Below are positions 15,139-28,321 of a stretch of 64,000 bases of DNA, one piece after another; position 1 is the stretch's first letter; every line of letters begins with the position of its first letter. The stretch lies in assembly GCA_009914755.4 (NCBI GenBank), contig CP086569.2:2272001-2336000 (forward strand), read 5' to 3'. The notes below the pieces were generated by a model. The model searched no databases, was not told where the DNA came from, and saw nothing but the letters and a program-made list of their open reading frames with translations. Source of the stretch: the human T2T-CHM13v2.0 reference genome, Homo sapiens. A program made the position numbers and the translations under genes.

Positions 15139-15700
15139 TCTCTCTTCTCTTTCTGTCTCTCCTCTCTTCTCTTTCCTTTCTCTCTCTCCTCTTCTCTCCC
15201 TCTTCCTCTCTCTCTCTTCTCTCCTGTTCCCTCTCTCTCTTCTCTCTCTTCTTTCTCTCGCTTTTCTCTCTCCTCACTCTCCTCTCTCCCTCTCTCTCCC
15301 CTCTTTCCTCTTTCTCTCGCCTCTCTCTCACCTCTCTCCTCTCTCCCCTTTTCTCTCTCTCCCCCTCTTCTCTCTCTCCCCCTCTTCTTTCTCTCCTTTT
15401 CTCTCTCGTCTCTCTCTCCTCTCCTCTCTCTCCTCTCTCTCTCCTCTCCTCTCTCTCCTCTTTTCTCTCTCCCATCTCTCTCTCTCCTGTCTCCTTCTCT
15501 CTTGTCTCTCGCCTTTCTCCTCTCTCTATCTCCTCACTCTCTCCTTCTCTCTCCTCTCTCTCTTGTCTCTCTCCCGCCTCTCTCATCTATCTCCTCTCTC
15601 TCTCCCCCCTCTCCTCCCTCTCCTCTTTCTCTCCTCTATCTCCTCTCTCCCCCTCTTTCTCTCTCCTCTCTCTCTCTTACTCCCTCTTTTTCTGTCTCAT
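15139..15700. repeat. (CT)n / (TCTC)n polypyrimidine tract (~560 bp)
   Basis: tctctcttctctttctgtctctcctctcttctctttcctttctctctctcc...; the source of the spurious 'SLSLS' and 'ERRER' ORFs. In units 2-5 the homologous position holds only a 30-50-bp CT tract. Confidence 0.95.
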
Positions 15701-15870
15701 GCTCATCTTTTACTGTTTTCACCTGAGGGAAGAGTGATGAGAAGATAGGAATTCACGTTTTCTGAAGTATTTAGAAACGTGGGGCCGTGGTGTTTTCTCC
15801 ACCTGTTTTTGGGTCATTCCTTCCTCATTTCTCAGAACATTGGTATTAACAGCTCATTTCCCTCCTTTAA

Positions 15871-15914
15871 GGGCTGACTTTGACTTAGCGATGCCTTTCC
15901 TGATGGAGGAAACA
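15871..15914 (+). pseudogene. CD99P1: Unit-1 exon A (CD99 'DFDL' module), defective
   Basis: The acceptor is taa instead of tag. The exon is 44 nt (a 1-nt deletion gives ...gacttagc-gatgcc) versus 45 nt in the other units. Donor is gtgagtaac. Confidence 0.65.
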
Positions 15915-16106
15915 GTGAGTAACTTTTTAAAGTCTCCTCTGTTGCTGACTTTGCTGATTGTCATTGAATTATTATCATTTTCAAGACATCTCTTTTGCGT
16001 GATAAATGGATTGAGTTTGGACAGTGGGAACATAGGAAGTATATGTGTTGTTTATTTTTGTTGTTGGATTTTTGATATATTTTTTTTTTGTTACCAGCAT
16101 GCTGGT

Positions 16107-16420
16107 TTTTTTTTTTTTTTTTTTTTTTTGAAGTGTAGGTTCAGAGTCTCACTCTGTGGCCCAGGCTGGAGTGCGGTGGCGCGATCTCGGCTCACCGCAA
16201 CCTCCGCCTCCTGGGCTTAAGCGATTCTCGTGCCTCAGCCTCCTGAGCATCTGGAATTACAGGCACCCACTACCACGCCCGGCTAATTTTTGTCTTTTTA
16301 GTAGGGGCTGGGTTTTGCCATGTGGAGCAGGCTGGTCTCTAACTCCTAAACTCAAGCTATGCACTCACCTTGGCCTCCCAAAGTGCTGGGATTATAGGTG
16401 CAAGCCATCACGCCCAGCCA
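16107..16420 (-). mobile_element. Alu SINE, minus orientation, specific to unit 1
   Basis: tttttttgaagtgtaggttcagagtctcactctgtggcccaggctggagtgcggtggcgcgatctcggctcaccgcaacc...; flanked by the duplicated target cagcatgctgg / cagtatgctgg; absent at the homologous site in unit 2. Confidence 0.9.
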
Positions 16421-16839
16421 GTATGCTGGCTTTTATTTTAAAATGGTTAGTCTTTGGAACAACGTAAGGCAAATGTGACTCCCTTGGCCAGGTCAGGCCT
16501 CGTGGGCATAGATCTGCGCAGTCACACAGGGACCTGTGCACACAAGGGTGCCATGCTGCTTTATTGCTGTGTTGCTGCCATCTTCAGATTCTTCATACAG
16601 TTGGAACAATGGGTCGCACATTTTCATTTTCACAGGCCCTCCCAAATTCTGGAGGTGGTCTGCACACCTGGTTTAGTTTTCTTTGAAAATACTTGAAGTT
16701 AAATCCTGTACCTGGAAGACAACAGAAGGGAATTGGCAGGAGGCTACGTGTATGGGTATCCCCACCATGACAAAAACAAGGGCCAGTTTTTACCTGTTTA
16801 GTGAACAGTCTCTGTGCAAATTGATATTTCAGTTTCTTT

Positions 16840-16975
16840 TCTCATCGCTATGGAAATTGATTTTTCATTTTCTGGTCGCTGTGGAAATTGATTTTTCATT
16901 TTCTTTTCTGGTCGCTATCAAAATTGATTTTTCATTTTCTGGTCGCTATGGAAATTGATTTTTCATTTTCTTGAC
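16840..16975. repeat. Minisatellite, ~30-bp unit x ~4.5
   Basis: ctggtcgctatggaaattgatttttcattttc is repeated. Unit 2 has ~2 copies (20585-20640) and units 3 and 4 have ~1. Confidence 0.85.
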
Positions 16976-17017
16976 TACTAGGTACTGATGATTGCAACTC
17001 TCATGTTTTACAAACAG

Positions 17018-17086
17018 GTGACCCAGCACCACCTAATGCCCCCAAACCAAAGCCAGATCCAAACCCCAACCGACCTGGTTTCACTG
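17018..17086 (+). pseudogene. CD99P1: Unit-1 exon B (CD99 proline-rich module), intact 69 nt
   Basis: Acceptor ttttacaaacag; GT GAC CCA GCA CCA CCT AAT GCC CCC AAA CCA AAG CCA GAT CCA AAC CCC AAC CGA CCT GGT TTC ACT G translates to DPAPPNAPKPKPDPNPNRPGFT; donor gtaagagcc. Compare CD99 'DDPRPPNPPKPMPNPNPN'. Confidence 0.7.
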
Positions 17087-17684
17087 GTAAGAGCCTCTAA
17101 CCCTACGGGTGGTCTCTATATTGTTTATTGTAACTTTATTTTATACTTATTCATAAGAATATTAATTCACATTTTCTCATGTTTTCTCATTTCTATCATA
17201 TGACATTTACTGACAAATACTATTCTATCTAAATATATAATAAAATACATTAATTCCTTTAATCCCTAATGTTGAAAACATTGTGTCTTCTGACATTTTA
17301 GAATTATGAATTACAAAGCCAATTTGAGTCAACTTTGTCTACTCTTTTTCATTCCTTTGAAGAGATTTCTGGCATTCAAATTGTCTAGATCAATGCTCAT
17401 GAGTACTTTTATAGCTTTTAACCTGGTTGGTTGTTTGCCCCAGAATTGCACCAATTTGATTTGATACCAGGGTGTCTGCAAATGTCCCTGTCTTCGAACC
17501 TTTTCCAGTAGCAATTATCACCTACAAAACCTTTGTCAAATAGTGTAATTATTATATCAAACCGGTCTTAGTTTTACATCTCTCATTCTGAAATGTAAAA
17601 AGCATAATGCATCCCAATGGGCCACGGAGACTTCTTCTTTTGTGTATTGGATGCTTTGGCTTTGATCCTTCAATTCATGGTGCC

Positions 17685-17805
17685 CGCCACCAGGCCCAGC
17701 TCATTTTTGTATTGTTAGTAGAGATGGGGTTTCACCATGTTGGCCAGGCTGGTCTCGAACTCCTGACCTCAGATGTTCTGCCTGCCTCAGCCTCCCTACC
17801 TACTG
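17685..17805 (-). mobile_element. Partial Alu, minus orientation
   Basis: gcccgccaccaggcccagctcatttttgtattgttagtagagatggggtttcaccatgttggccaggctggtctcgaactcctgacctcag. Confidence 0.8.
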
Positions 17806-18149
17806 ATGTATGAGCCTTCTTCAGTGATTTATCAATATTAAAGATTACCAGCCACTTATTATGAAAATGGTTTTGCACTTTATTTTTGCCTTTGAATATT
17901 TTTAACAGGAATGTTTTACAAGTGGTATGTTTATTTTTTTATGGTGTCTTATGTTTGTGTGGATATCCTGCTTTTTGTAACTTTTTTTCCTTTTAAATTG
18001 AGAATCATTTTGCTATTGTCCCTTCTCTTCAGAGAAGTAAAACCTTCTTTTTAATTTCATTTGAATTGTTTATCACCATAGGTTGATTGAAGGAATGGTA
18101 ACACGTTTTCAATGTTGAGTTTTTTCTTTTATTTTCTTTCCTTTTTTTA

Positions 18150-18436
18150 TTTTGGAGACAGAGTCTCTCTCTGTCGCCCGGGCTGGAGTGCAGTGGCGTG
18201 ATCTTGGCTCAGTGCAACCTCCACTTCCTGGGTTCAAGCAATTCTCGTGCCTCAGCCTCCCAATTAGCTAGGATTACAAACATGCACCACCATGCCCGGC
18301 AAATTCTTGTATTTTCAGTAGAGACGGGGTTTTGCCATGTTAGCCAGGCTGATCTTGAACCCCTGACCTCAGGTGATCCGCCCATCTCAGCCTCTCAAAG
18401 TGCTGGGATTACAGGTGTGAGCCACCATGCCGGCCT
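18150..18436 (-). mobile_element. Alu SINE, minus orientation, specific to unit 1
   Basis: ggagacagagtctctctctgtcgcccgggctggagtgcagtggcgtgatcttggctcagtgcaacc...ggtgtgagccaccatgccggcc. Confidence 0.9.
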
Positions 18437-19150
18437 GAGCTTTTTCTTTGAGATTCGATTTGTCTCTTCCTCTTGTTGATTCTGTCAATGGGTTTCTAAA
18501 GTGTTTTTTCCTTGTTTTTGTTACTCTGAATCCATTTTCATGTCCACTATTTTTCTGTTTATTTCTGTCATGTAGAAGAGATTGTGTATATATTTTTTGC
18601 AATCCATGAAATGATGACCCTTTGTTAAATTTCAATTTTTTTTCTCTTCATTTCTGACCTTTTCTAAGAAGTTGGTCATGTTATTTGGTAATGGGTTTTT
18701 AAAATTTTCCCTGTTCCTAGATTTATACGTTCTCTTTACAGTTTATTTGTAATTTAGTTCTATGGCCTTTGCTAGAAGACTCAGGACAACTTTTAATATG
18801 TAGAGTTGTAAATATGGTAGACAACTTTTTTTCCAGACATTAGGACAAAAACCCAAAGAGATTCACCTTTAAATAAAATAAGTCATTTCAATAAGTGTCT
18901 TTCTCTTCTAGTATACTTTTTTTCTGAACACATAGGTTCTCATACCATGAGATTTCTTATTTCTATACAATGTATGTGAAAAATCATGTGCTTTTTATTC
19001 ATTGCTTGTGTATTTTAATATGGTTTTGAAAAAAAGATTCATTTTGATGTAGCCCCTCATGTTTCTTTCATTTGAGCCTCCCTTATCACTCCCAATATAA
19101 AATGTGCCTCGACCTTAATTGGGATTTGAAAAGCTTGGAACTAGAAGGCT

Positions 19151-19471
<321 letters not shown>

Positions 19472-19949
19472 CTAGCATGAATGTCACATTAGTTTGTGGA
19501 GCCCAGCTGGGTGGGTAGAGCCACTTTTCAGACACAGATCAGAATCCGTCAGTCACAGATCAGATCACAGTCACCTGCCCTACCTCTTACGGTCTGCCTT
19601 GCTGAAGGTGTTGGGGACCTGGGAGGAGATAATGGGGAATCAACGGGACAGAGTTGTGTGCAGGCAGATTCAGAGTCCCAACTGGGTCCAGGCAGCACAG
19701 TTGATTTACAAATGACATTCTTTCTCTCTCCCTCTTTCTCTTGCTGTCATCTCTTACTCTTTTCATCTGGGGGAAGAATGATGTGAAAATGATCAGGAAT
19801 TTACTTTTTCAAATGAGATCCTAGTCAGTGTGATATTCAGAAAAGTCTTTAGTCATGTGGGTCTCTGGTGATTTCTCCATCTGTTTCCGAGGTCATTCCT
19901 TCCTCATTTCTCAGAGCTTTACTATGAACAGACCGATTCCTTCCTTTAG

Positions 19950-19994
19950 GGGCAGACTTTGACTTAGCAGATGCCTTTGGTGAGGGAGGAAACA
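19950..19994 (+). pseudogene. CD99P1: Unit-2 exon A, intact 45 nt
   Basis: Acceptor cctttag; G GGC AGA C... reads in frame as (G)ADFDLADAFGEGGN; donor gtgagtaac. Compare CD99 'DDFDLGDAVVDGEN' and XG 'RDFDLADALDD'. Confidence 0.7.
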
Positions 19995-20682
19995 GTGAGT
20001 AACTCGTTAAAGTCTCCTCTGTTGCTGATTTGTTATTGTCACCAAATGACTGTCATTTCCAAGAGACTTATCTCTTTTGCATAATCCATGGATTGGGTTT
20101 ATACAGTGGAAATATTGGAAGTATATGCCTTGTTGTGTTTTATTTTTGTTGTTGTTGGATTTTTGTTTTTTTTCCCACCAATATGCTGGCTTTTATTTTA
20201 AAATTGTTACAGACTTTGGAATGATATAAGGCAAATGTCACTTCCCTGGCCAGGTCAGACTTCATGGGCATGTGACCTGTGATGTCACACAGGGACCTGT
20301 GCATACAAGGGCACCATATTGGTGTATTACTCAGTAGCTGCCATCTTGAAATTCGTCATAAAATTGGAACAGAATCTTGCATTTTCATTTTGTGCAGGGC
20401 CTCTCAAATTCTGGAGGTGGTCTGGACACCTGGCTTAGTTTTCTTTGAAAATACTTGAAGTTAAATCCTGTAGCTGGAAGATGATGGAAGGGAATTGGCA
20501 GGAGGCTATGTGTATGGGCATCCCCACCATGACAAAAACAAGGGTCATTTTTTACCTGTTTAGTGAAAGGTCTCTATGCAAATTGATTTTTCATTTCCTT
20601 TTCTGGTCGCCATGGAAATTGATTTTTCATTTTCTTGACTGCAAGGCACTGATGATCGCCAACTCTCATGTTTTACAAACAG

Positions 20683-20751
20683 GTGACCCAGCACCACCTA
20701 ATCCCCCCAAACCAAAGCCAGATCCAAATCCCAACTGACCTGGTTTCACTG
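20683..20751 (+). pseudogene. CD99P1: Unit-2 exon B, disabled
   Basis: Encodes DPAPPNPPKPKPDPNPN, then an in-frame TGA (aac tga cct at ~20735). The donor has mutated from gt to at (cactg|ataagagcc). Confidence 0.65.
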
Positions 20752-22744
20752 ATAAGAGCCTCTAACCCTACGGGGTGGTCTCTATGTTGTTTACCTGGCA
20801 GTGATGTCCGTGTCATCTGAGAAGAGGAGATTTCAGGTGAGCCTGTTCCTACTGTTGAATTACAAGGTAATTCCAGTGTTCAAGTAGTGGAAAACCTAGA
20901 TTACGAAAATATGTTTTTGGTTTGGATTTTATTTTCCTTTTCTTGATTTTACTTCAAAGATAAATGGAACTTCCAAATCATTGAATAAGAGCTTTTAGAT
21001 GTAGACTTGATATGAGGAAAAGAATCTGTGTGTTTCCCATGGAGAAGCCAACTTGTTTTAAACAATTAGATTTTTACTGAGTGTTTTTCTTTACATGTTT
21101 GTTTAATTTTTAACACAGAAATCTATCCAGATGGTCTAAATCCTGTTGACATTTTTATGGTTTTTTGCTGGTTATGTTATTATTGGCATAAGAATATTCC
21201 TTGACCATTTTCTCATGTCATTTAATCATTTGTATCATACGACTTTACATTATTATACTACAGACTTAATTACATACTTTGGTTTCTTTAAGTAATCCCT
21301 AATTCTGAAGTTATGTTTCTTCTGATGTTTTGGAATTATCAATTACAAAGCAAATTTGACTGCCCTTCATGCACTTTCCTTTATGTTTGAAGATATATTT
21401 CTAGAGTGCAAGTTGTTTACATCGATGTGTGTGAGTACTTTTGTAGCTTCTGACATGGTTTTGAAATTGCCCCAGAATTGCACCAATTTATTTTGATGGC
21501 GGCGGGGTGTGCAGATGACCCTTTCCTCACACTGTCTCCGATATTGGTGTTCACCAAAACATCTTTATCCAGTAGTGCAAAATGTCATGCTAACCTTGTC
21601 TTAGTTTCACGTCTTTAATTCTGAAACTTGAAACAAAAACAATGCATCAGTGGGCCATGGAGACTTCTTCTTCTGTGTATGGGATACTGTGTCTTTTATT
21701 CTTCTATTCTGGTATGTCCTCCCTGATTTCTAGTCATTTTTGAATTATTTATAGACAGTAAACATTGCCCAATATATTATGAAAATGTGTTTCCACTTTA
21801 TTGTTGCCTCTGAAAACATTTTGAACAGAAGCTTTTATAAGCAAGGCTTGAATTTTTCTTTTTTATGTTGTCTTAGGTTTGTGTGAGTTTCCACCTTTGT
21901 GTAACACATTTTTCCTTTTAACAGAACCATTTTATCACTGTCTCTCTTCCTTCTTGGGAAAAAGAAAACCATCTTTTTCTTTTCATTTGCATTACTTACA
22001 ACTATGAATTGATTTATAGAGTGCTAAAATATTTGTAAAATCGAGCAGATTCTTCTGTGTGCCTTTTTCTCCTGGTGATTTATTTAAATGGATTTCTAAG
22101 GTGTTTTCCCGTCAGTATTGATTTGTTTTGGTGAGTACGATTTTATGTGCGCTATTTGTCTCTCTGTTTCTGAACTATAGCAACATTTTTGTGCATTCTC
22201 TCTTACTCTCCACTGAATGATGAACCCTTGTGAACTTCCAATTGTTTTCTCTTCATTTCTTAATGTTTCTAAGAAGACCGACATATTATTTGTAAGTGAT
22301 TTTAAAATTTGTCTCCTTTTCTATGTTTTTTCGTTGTCTTCAGAGTGTCTTCAGAGTGCATTCGTATTTTTGTTGAATTGGCTTTGCTAGAGAACACATG
22401 ATGGCTTTAAGTATGAGTGAAGAGAGTAGACATTTTTTATTCCTGATTTCAAGGTAAAAACCTAAAGAGGTTCACCTGTAAATAAAATAAATTGTCTTTA
22501 CAAAACCAGATACTCATTCCAAGAAGATCTCTCTATTCTAGTATACTTTTTTTCTAAACATACAATAGTATAGGTTCTCATACTGTGAGACTTCTTATTT
22601 CTTTATACACAATATATTTGAAAAGTCATTGGTTTTTTAGTGATTACTAATGTACTGTTACATGGTTTTGAAAAGTGTTGGATTCAAAGTTTCCTTCATT
22701 TAAGCCTCTTTTTTCTCCCTTCCCCATATAAAAAGTTGATGATG

Positions 22745-23073
<329 letters not shown>

Positions 23074-23605
23074 TTAGAACTGGAAGGCAGCCTCTGAAAT
23101 TATCAAGAATGTCACAGCAGTTTGTGGAACACACCTGGGTGGGTAGACCCACTTTTTAGACACTCTCTAGCCCAAATCTGATCACAGTCATTCTTCCTCA
23201 CCTCTTAGGGTCTCCCTCACAGAAGGTGTTGGGGGCCTTGGACGAGATGTTGATGGGATGGGAATAAACAGGAGCAAATAATGTGCAGGCGAAGTTGGAG
23301 TTCCTGCTCAGTCTGGGAGGAGAATTGATTTATGAATTTCTTTCTTTCTCTCTTTGTATCTATCTCTTCTTTCTCTCTCTCTCTCTCTCTCCCCCCAGCC
23401 ACCTTCTGATCTCTAATCCATTCATGTGAGAGAAGAGTGATGTGAAAATGGTCAGCAATTTGCTTTTTCTGATGAGATCCTGGTGAGAGTCATGTTCAAT
23501 AAAGTATTTAGTCACGTGGGGCTCCAGTGATTTCTCTGTTTACAAGCTCATTCCTTCCTCATTTTCTCAGAACTTTGGTGTTAACAGCCTGTTTCCTATT
23601 TGTAG

Positions 23606-23650
23606 GGGCTGACTTTGACTTAGCAGATGCCTTTCGTGATGGAGGAAATA
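23606..23650 (+). pseudogene. CD99P1: Unit-3 exon A, intact 45 nt
   Basis: Acceptor tttgtag; encodes ADFDLADAFRDGGN; donor gtgagtagc. Confidence 0.7.
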
Positions 23651-24294
23651 GTGAGTAGCTCTTTAAAGTCTCCTCTCTTGCTAACTTGCTTATTATCGCC
23701 CAATTATTATCATTTGCAAGAGACTTACCTCTTGAGAATGATCAATGGAACTTGTTTGCACAGTGGAAACCTAGGGAGTAAGTGTGTTGTTGTCTGTTTT
23801 TGATGTTGTTGGACTTTTGTTTGTTTTTTTTTTAACCAGTCCACTTGCTTTTGTTGAGAAACTCCTACAGTCTTTGGAATGATGTAAGGCAAATGTGACT
23901 CCCCTGGCCAGGTCAGCCTTCACGGGCATGCAGCTTGTGAAGTCACCCAGGGACCTGTGTTTACAAAAGCGCCATATTGGTTTACTGGTCTGTAGTTACC
24001 ATGTTGCTCTTCTTCATACAGTTGAGACGAGGGGTCCCACATTTTTGTTTTGCACGGGACCTTGCCAACTCTGTCACTGATCTAGACACCTGCTTTAGTT
24101 TAATTTGATATTAAGCAATGTAGCCGGAAGATGATGGAAGAAAGTTGGCAGGAGGCTGTGTGTACGGTTATCCCTGTCATGACAAGCAACAAGCTCCAAC
24201 TTTTACCTGGTCCGTCAGCCATCTCTATGCAAATTGATGTTTCATTTCTTTACTCCAAGACACTCATGATTGCAACTCTCATTGTCACAAACAG

Positions 24295-24363
24295 ACGACC
24301 CAGCACCTCTTAATTCACCCAAGCTGAAGCCAAATGCGAACCCTGAGCAGCCTGGATTCATTG
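24295..24363 (+). pseudogene. CD99P1: Unit-3 exon B, intact 69 nt
   Basis: Acceptor tgtcacaaacag; encodes DPAPLNSPKLKPNANPEQPGFI; donor gtaagtgc. Confidence 0.7.
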
Positions 24364-24944
24364 GTAAGTGCTTCTCACTCTATAGGTTGTCTGTATGTTG
24401 TCCACGGTAGAGTGGTATCCACATCAGATGGACGACAGGCTTTCAGATGAGCAGGTGCTTGCTATTGACTTTCTGTACAGTTACTCCAGTGGGCAGGGAG
24501 TGAAATACAGTTTTCTGAAATAGATATTTGACTTGCGTTCTATTTTTAGTTTGCTGATTTTACTTCCAAGATTGTATGGAACTTCTAAAACACTGAGCAC
24601 AAGATTTTCTTATGAACTTGGTATAGAGAAAATGGCCTGTGCATTCCCTGTAGAGAAACTTGGGTGTTTTTGATGTTTTTGCCCTTGAATATTTGTATCA
24701 GCTATTTTGACACATGACAGCATTCTCAGGTAATCTGACTAGCAACTGTTTTTTGAACTGAATTGTTGTGAAACATTCAGGTTTTTAGTTCTTTTTTGTT
24801 TTTAATTTTTAACACAGAAACATAAATAATGTTCATATCCTCTTGGCATTGTGATGGTTATTTGCGCTTATATTTTATATATCAGTTTAAATGAAGCAAA
24901 CGTTAAGTAATAAAGCCAGTCTTTTGTTCATACTGCATTGTAAC

Positions 24945-25265
24945 ATTATTATTATTATTTTTATTATTATTATTATTTGAGATGGAGTCTCGCTGTGTTG
25001 CCCAGGCAGGAGTGCAGTAGCGTGATCTCGGCTCACGGCAACCTCTGCCTCCTGGGTTCAAGCAATTCTCCTGCCTCAGCTCCTGAGTAGCTGGGATTAC
25101 AGGCATGCACCACCATGCCCGGCTAATTTTTTTGTGTGTATTTTTAGTAGAGACAGGGTTTCACCATGCTGGTCAAGCTGGTCTCGAACTCCTGACCTTA
25201 GGTGATCTGCCCACCTCGGCCTCCCAAAGTGCTGGGATTACAGGCATGAGCCACTGAGCCTGGCC
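24945..25265 (-). mobile_element. Alu SINE, minus orientation, with an (ATT)n-modified tail
   Basis: attattattatttgagatggagtctcgctgtgttgcccaggcaggagtgcagtagcgtgatctcggctcacggcaacc...catgagccactgagcctggcc. Confidence 0.9.
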
Positions 25266-26756
25266 TATTTTATACTTATTAATAGTCACTGAACATTTGC
25301 TCATGTCATTTTATCATTTATATCATATGACATTTACTGTCAATTATATTCTATATAAATATATAATACATTAATTTATTTAATCCCTAATGTTTAAAAT
25401 ATTGTGTCTTCTGACTTTTTAGAATTATGAATTACAAAGCAAATTTGAGTCAACTTCATCTACTTTTTTTTTTTTTATTATTCCTTTGAAGAGATTTCTG
25501 GCATTCAAATTGTCTAGATGAATGTATATGAGTCCTTTTATAGTATTTGACCTGGTTCGTCATTTGCCCCAGAATCGTCCCAGTTTATTTTGATGATGGT
25601 GTGTGCAGATGTCTGTCTTCACACCATCTCTATACTGGTTATCACCTGCAAAACCTTTGTCACATAGTGTAAGGATTATATCAAACTTGTCTTAGTTTCG
25701 CATCTCTAATTCTGAAATTTAAAAAAAAATAGTGCATTCCAGTTGGCCATGGTTACTTCTTTTGTGTATTGGATGTTATCCCCTTTATTCTTAAATTCTC
25801 ATATGTACCTACTGATTTATAAGTCTTCTTCAGTTATTTATGGATATTAAAGATTATCAGCCACTTACTATGAAAATGTTTTTGCTATTTATTTTTGCCT
25901 TTTAATATTTTTAACAGGAATGTTTCATAAGCAAGACCTATTTTTTTATGGTGTCTTATGTTTGTGTTGGTTTTCTGGTTTTGTGACTTTTATTTTAATG
26001 GAGAATAATTTTGCCATTGTGTCTCCTGCTTGGGAGAAGTAAAACTGTCTTTTTAATTTCATTTGAATTGTCTTCAAACATAAGTTGATCAAAGAAGTTG
26101 TGAAACATTTTCAAAGTTGAGCTTTTTCCTTGAGATTTGATGCATCTGTTTCTCCTGATGATTTTTGTCAATGGATTTCTCAATTGTTTTTTGTTTTTGT
26201 TTTTGTTTTTTGTTTCTCTGAATCTATTTCTAAGTCCACTATTTTTCTGTTTATCTCTATACTATAATATACAAAGGATTTTGTGTATTTTTCTTTACGA
26301 TCCACAAATTGTTTGCAAATTATTTTTTTTTAATTTCCCCTTTTCTATATTTGTACATTTTGTTTACAGTTTATTTGTAATTTGGTTGTACTGTCTTTGC
26401 TAGATAAACCCAGGACAGCTTTTCATATGTAGAATTGTAAATACAGTAAACAGCTTTTATTTCAGGCTTTAGGGCAAAAACCCAGAGAGATTCACCTTTA
26501 AATAAAGTAAATCACTTCAAAAAGCCTCTTTCTACTCCAGTATACTTTTTTTTCCCTAAACGTATAATAGTATAGTTTCTCATACCATGAAATTTCTTAT
26601 TTATATATAATATATTTGACTAATTATTTGATTTTTATTGATTACTCATGTACTCTTACATAGTTTTGTAAAAATGTTGGATTTGATGTAGCCCCTCATG
26701 TTTCTTTTATTTAAGTCTCCTTGTTATCCCCTTTCAATATAAAAATTTCCCCAACC

Positions 26757-27087
<331 letters not shown>

Positions 27088-27557
27088 TTAAAACTAGAAG
27101 GCAAACTCTGAAACCATGGTGAGTTTTCACGTCAGTTTGTCCAGCATAAATGGGTTGGCAGAGTCACTATTTAGACACCCTCTAACCCCTCTTAGGGCCT
27201 CCCTGGTGGAAGGTGTTGGTTACCTGGGGGGAGATGATATTTGGACAGGAAATCAACAGGAGAGAACCATGTGCAGGTTAGAGTTGGAATTCCAACTCTG
27301 TCCAGGCAGCACAATTGATTTATAAATTATTTTATTTCTCTCTCTCTGGCTCTCATCTTTTGTTCTTTTCATCAGAAGGGAGAGTGATGTGAAAATGATC
27401 AGGAATTCACTTTTTCTATTGAGATTCTGGTTAGAGGGATATCCAGAAAAGTATTTAGGAACGTGGGGTTATGGTGTTTTCTGCATCTGTTTACGAGATC
27501 ATTTCTTCCTCATTTCTCTCAGAACTTTGGTGTTAACAGCCTGTTTCCCTCCTTTAG

Positions 27558-27602
27558 GGGATGACTTTGACTTAGCAGATGCCTTACATGACAAAGGAAA
27601 CT
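27558..27602 (+). pseudogene. CD99P1: Unit-4 exon A, intact 45 nt
   Basis: Acceptor cctttag; encodes DDFDLADALHDKGN; donor gtgagtaac. Confidence 0.7.
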
Positions 27603-28252
27603 GTGAGTAACTCCTTAAACTCTCCACTGTGGCTGACTTGCTTATTATCACCAAATTATTATTGTTTCCAAAAAACGTATCTCTTGTGAATGATCAATGA
27701 AACCTGTTTGCACAGTGGAAAGTTAGGGAGTAGGTGTGTTGTTGTTTGTTTTGGATATTGTTGGACTTTGTTTTTGTTTTTACCAGTATGCATAGTTTTA
27801 TTTTAAAACTCTCACAGTCTTTGGAATGACGTAAGGCAAATCTGACTCCCCTGGCCAAGTTAGGCTTCATGAGTGTGTGACTTGTTCGATCACCCAGGGA
27901 CCCATGCTTACAAGGGTGCCATATTGGTTTATGAGTCTTTAGTTGTCATCTTGAAATTCTTAATATTCAGTTGAGCAAGGATTTCTGCATTTTCATTTTA
28001 CACAGTACCTTGCCAATTCTGTAGCTGATCTGAAAAGCTGCCTGATAGGTTTTATTGAAAATGCTTTATCAGTACTGTAGCTGGAAGATGTTGGAAGGAT
28101 ATTGGCAGGAGGCTGTGTGTATGGGTATCCCCACCATGACAAAGAACAAGGTCCAATTTTTATATGTTTAGTGAACGTCTGCATGCAAATTGATGTTTCA
28201 TTTTCTTCACTTCAAGGCACTCATAATCTCAACTCTCATCTTTTACAAACAG

Positions 28253-28321
28253 ACGAGCCAGCACCACTGAACCCACCCAAACCAAAGCCAAATCCAAACC
28301 CCAAGCAGCCTGATTCCACCG
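28253..28321 (+). pseudogene. CD99P1: Unit-4 exon B, intact 69 nt
   Basis: Acceptor ttttacaaacag; encodes EPAPLNPPKPKPNPNPKQPDST; donor gtaagagcc. Confidence 0.7.

Noticed and set aside
14978-15737. 202-aa minus ORF 'ERREREGE...' and the 230- and 206-aa + ORFs 'SLSLSSLL...'
   Set aside because: All lie within the (CT)n/(GA)n tract, where reading frames are open by construction. No start or splice context exists, and the composition is purely repeat-derived.
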